Of a stretch of DNA of 64,000 nucleotides, positions 61,546 through 64,000 are shown one piece after another. Position 1 is the stretch's first letter, and the number at the start of each line of letters is the position of its first letter. Both the position numbers and the translations under genes were made by a program. Source of the DNA: Ministeria vibrans ATCC 50519 (taxonomy: Eukaryota; Protista; Filasterea); NCBI GenBank assembly GCA_943704425.1, contig CALSCP010001890.1, positions 78,468-142,467 of the forward strand, given 5' to 3'. The notes under the pieces were generated by a model. It saw only the letters and a program-made list of their open reading frames with translations, was not told the DNA's origin and did not search any database.

Positions 61546-62853
61546 ATGAGTGCGGACAGCAACACGCTTGGTGATCGGATTGCCAAGGTATGTTTGGAGC
61601 AGTACGAGAAGCTAGGAAAGAATGGCAAGCCGGATGGGGCGGCGCGACAGTGGACTATGGTGGCGGGGGTCGTTGCCGAGCGATCCGACGGCTCGCTCGC
61701 CGTCCTTACACTTGCAACAGGTGATCGAGCTATCTTTCTCTCATTGGTGTCATATCAATTTTTTTTTTTTTTTGTTTGTGTTTTAGGCAGTAAATGTTTG
61801 GGTGCTTGTGATGTGTCTCTGGCTGGCGACACAGTGAACGACTCGCACGCCGAAGTGCTTGCCATTCGTGCTCTACGCCTGCTGATGACAGACCGTCTTG
61901 TGGCTGCACGGCCCAACGACGACCTTGTCGAGTGTGCGCCCACTCGACGACTCCGGCGCGACGTTCGCTTGCATCTCTACTGCAGTCATGCGCCCTGTGG
62001 CGATGCCTGCATCTTTCCACTGGATCACAGAGATGCGGCTGACGCAGCTCAGGAGGATGTCGGCGATGTGCTTGCTGTACGGCCACTACTGGATGAGTCG
62101 TTGAAGAAACGAGCGCGTGAAGAGGACGAAGAGGAAGCGGAAGGGGACGGAAGGGGTAAACGAGTGTGTGATATTCATCGAACGGGCGGACGCTCAGAGG
62201 CAGACGACCTTGCAGCCGGTGTGGACTACCATGTGACTGGAGTGGTGCGCACCAAACCGGGACGCGGACCACCGACCGAGAGCAAAACGTGCAGTGACAA
62301 GATTGCGCGATGGACGGTGATGGGAGTCCAAGGGGCGCTTCTGTCGCGCTCACTTGAGGCGCCCGTCTATCTCACATCCGTCACAGTGGGCCAGTGGTAT
62401 CATGAGGAGGCTTTGCATCGAGCATTGTGCACGCGCATCTGCCTGTCGTCCCCTCTCCCCGCCCCGTACAAGCACTCACCACCCGTACTCTACAGCACGC
62501 GTCACCGCTATGCACACGGTCGCGAGCTGCCCACCACAAGTGCCCTTTCTGCGCCCCTTGCAGTGGTCTGGCACTGCGACTGGCCACCAAACAAAGCAGA
62601 AGTACTCGCACGCGGTGTACGTGCGGGAGTGACGGCCAAGGCACGCAAGAAGAACGCACTGGCGGGAGTGAGTCGCGTGAGTGCGCGGCACTTGTGGATG
62701 CGCTGGGGTGCGCTGGAAGGGCACACAGATGCCCCACATGACGACGCGGGGATGCCACTGCTACTGGCACAGGCTAAGCGCGATGCAGTGTTGTTTCAAA
62801 GGGCACGAACAGTCTTTCATGCGAATGAGCCCTTTTCCAAGTGGAAGAAATGA
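61546..62853 (+). CDS. ADAT1: tRNA-specific adenosine deaminase 1, with an in-frame intron at ~61721-61786
   Basis: LATG|SKCLG, DSHAEVLA, PCGDACI, RTKPGRG, CSDKIARW; no dsRBD. Confidence 0.88.
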   Translation: MSADSNTLGDRIAKVCLEQYEKLGKNGKPDGAARQWTMVAGVVAERSDGSLAVLTLATGDRAIFLSLVSYQFFFFFVCVLGSKCLGACDVSLAGDTVNDSHAEVLAIRALRLLMTDRLVAARPNDDLVECAPTRRLRRDVRLHLYCSHAPCGDACIFPLDHRDAADAAQEDVGDVLAVRPLLDESLKKRAREEDEEEAEGDGRGKRVCDIHRTGGRSEADDLAAGVDYHVTGVVRTKPGRGPPTESKTCSDKIARWTVMGVQGALLSRSLEAPVYLTSVTVGQWYHEEALHRALCTRICLSSPLPAPYKHSPPVLYSTRHRYAHGRELPTTSALSAPLAVVWHCDWPPNKAEVLARGVRAGVTAKARKKNALAGVSRVSARHLWMRWGALEGHTDAPHDDAGMPLLLAQAKRDAVLFQRARTVFHANEPFSKWKK

Positions 62854-62901
62854 AAATTAATTCTTGTTGTTGTGTACAGTTGGACCTGATTTGTGGCACT
62901 T

Positions 62902-63391
62902 TCAATTTCGGTGGGTTGACACTCTATTATTGGTGTCACTTTGGATCAGTTGCGTCTGTGTTGGTCGTAGCCGAGTGAGTGTCGGAGTGGCTCTTTGCAA
63001 GGATCGCAGATTGGGCGGGAGTGAATGAGTCGGTGTGGGCCCAGTCGGGAGGAGGAGTCTCAAAGGCCCACTTGGCACACTCATAGCGCAGTGCGTGCAG
63101 GCACATGGGTTGCTCAACGCGATCAGGCAATGGGTTACTACACGCAAAAAGAAGAAAGAGAAAGTGAGAGCCGGTGAGAAAAAGTGAGTGTTGACTGACA
63201 TGCACATGTGACACTCTGGCTCAAAGTGATCGGGGTGGACTGGGAAGGTGAATGGGCTGCTCTGGTAGCACTCGGCATCGAGATCTACGCGACGGCGAGA
63301 AATACCCTTGCGAGCCTCTTCAAGCGCAGTTGGGCTCCACTCGCCACTCGCGAGACGCTCACCCGACCTAATGAAACGCACATATGTGAGT

Positions 63392-63466
<75 letters not shown>

Positions 63467-63896
63467 TAGGGGAAATGAATATGGAGTGATACCAAATGTC
63501 CGTGTTGTTGTAGATGGGATCACCCACTATGGGGTGGCCCAGAAACTGCAGATGGACTCGCAGCTGATGCATTCGTCCGTGTATGGGCATGCCTAGCAGA
63601 GAGAAAAAAGATAAAAAGGCGTTGTTTAGTCAGACAGATTGATAGATGAGATCAAGAGAAAGACAAAGGTGAGACGAGTAGTGGAATAAATTCTGCGTGA
63701 GCAAAGAATGACGACAAATTGATTGAGTGGGTGTGCAAAACAGAACTTGTCCTGTGGTGATACATTTGAGGAGTGACGTTTCACCGTCCGTCGCAATTCG
63801 CTCAAAGACTGTTTTGGATTCCTTTCCGTTGGCAAATGAGACGTGACACAGTCCGAGTTTGTGTGTCAGGACCACAATTGGAGCAGAACATTCTGT
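62902..63896 (-). CDS. RluA-family pseudouridine synthase (RPUSD2-like), 3' exons; continues beyond the window
   Basis: [42 protein letters not shown]. Confidence 0.88.
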
Positions 63897-63946
63897 CACA
63901 TCTCTACACAGATATCATAATATAATGATGATGATAATACTAATAC

Positions 63947-64000
<54 letters not shown>

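Noticed and set aside
61546-62853. ADAR mRNA-editing enzyme
   Set aside because: Deaminase domain only, with no dsRNA-binding domains, so ADAT1 fits better

Overview
Gene-dense eukaryotic genomic DNA in the standard genetic code. Introns are short and GT-AG, many filled with (GA)n, (CA)n or (TAA)n microsatellites, and intergenic gaps are short and AT-rich. The gene content (HRDLAARN receptor tyrosine kinase, GPS-containing 7TM receptor, HPS1, translin) suggests a unicellular holozoan-like protist; this is inference. Housekeeping genes: SF3B6, an SDR, NBAS, VPS45, PSMB5, TMEM63/OSCA, enolase, UBXN4, SDE2, HPS1, translin, ATG9, a cytochrome b561, PRP4K, ADAT1 and an RluA pseudouridine synthase. 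Highlights: (1) an iodothyronine deiodinase-like selenoprotein missed by the ORF track (in-frame TGA in NFGSYTUPP), with a candidate non-canonical GGA-type SECIS; (2) an adhesion GPCR whose ectodomain is an EGFR/insulin-receptor-like L-domain solenoid; (3) an RTK with about 29 or more Notch-like EGF repeats and two extracellular ZU5-like domains; (4) an intronless CCCH gene flanked by direct repeats; (5) a block swap and a chimeric join at (CT)n microsatellites that break several genes, most likely misassembly. Exon boundaries were read by eye and family assignments come from recalled motifs, not database searches.
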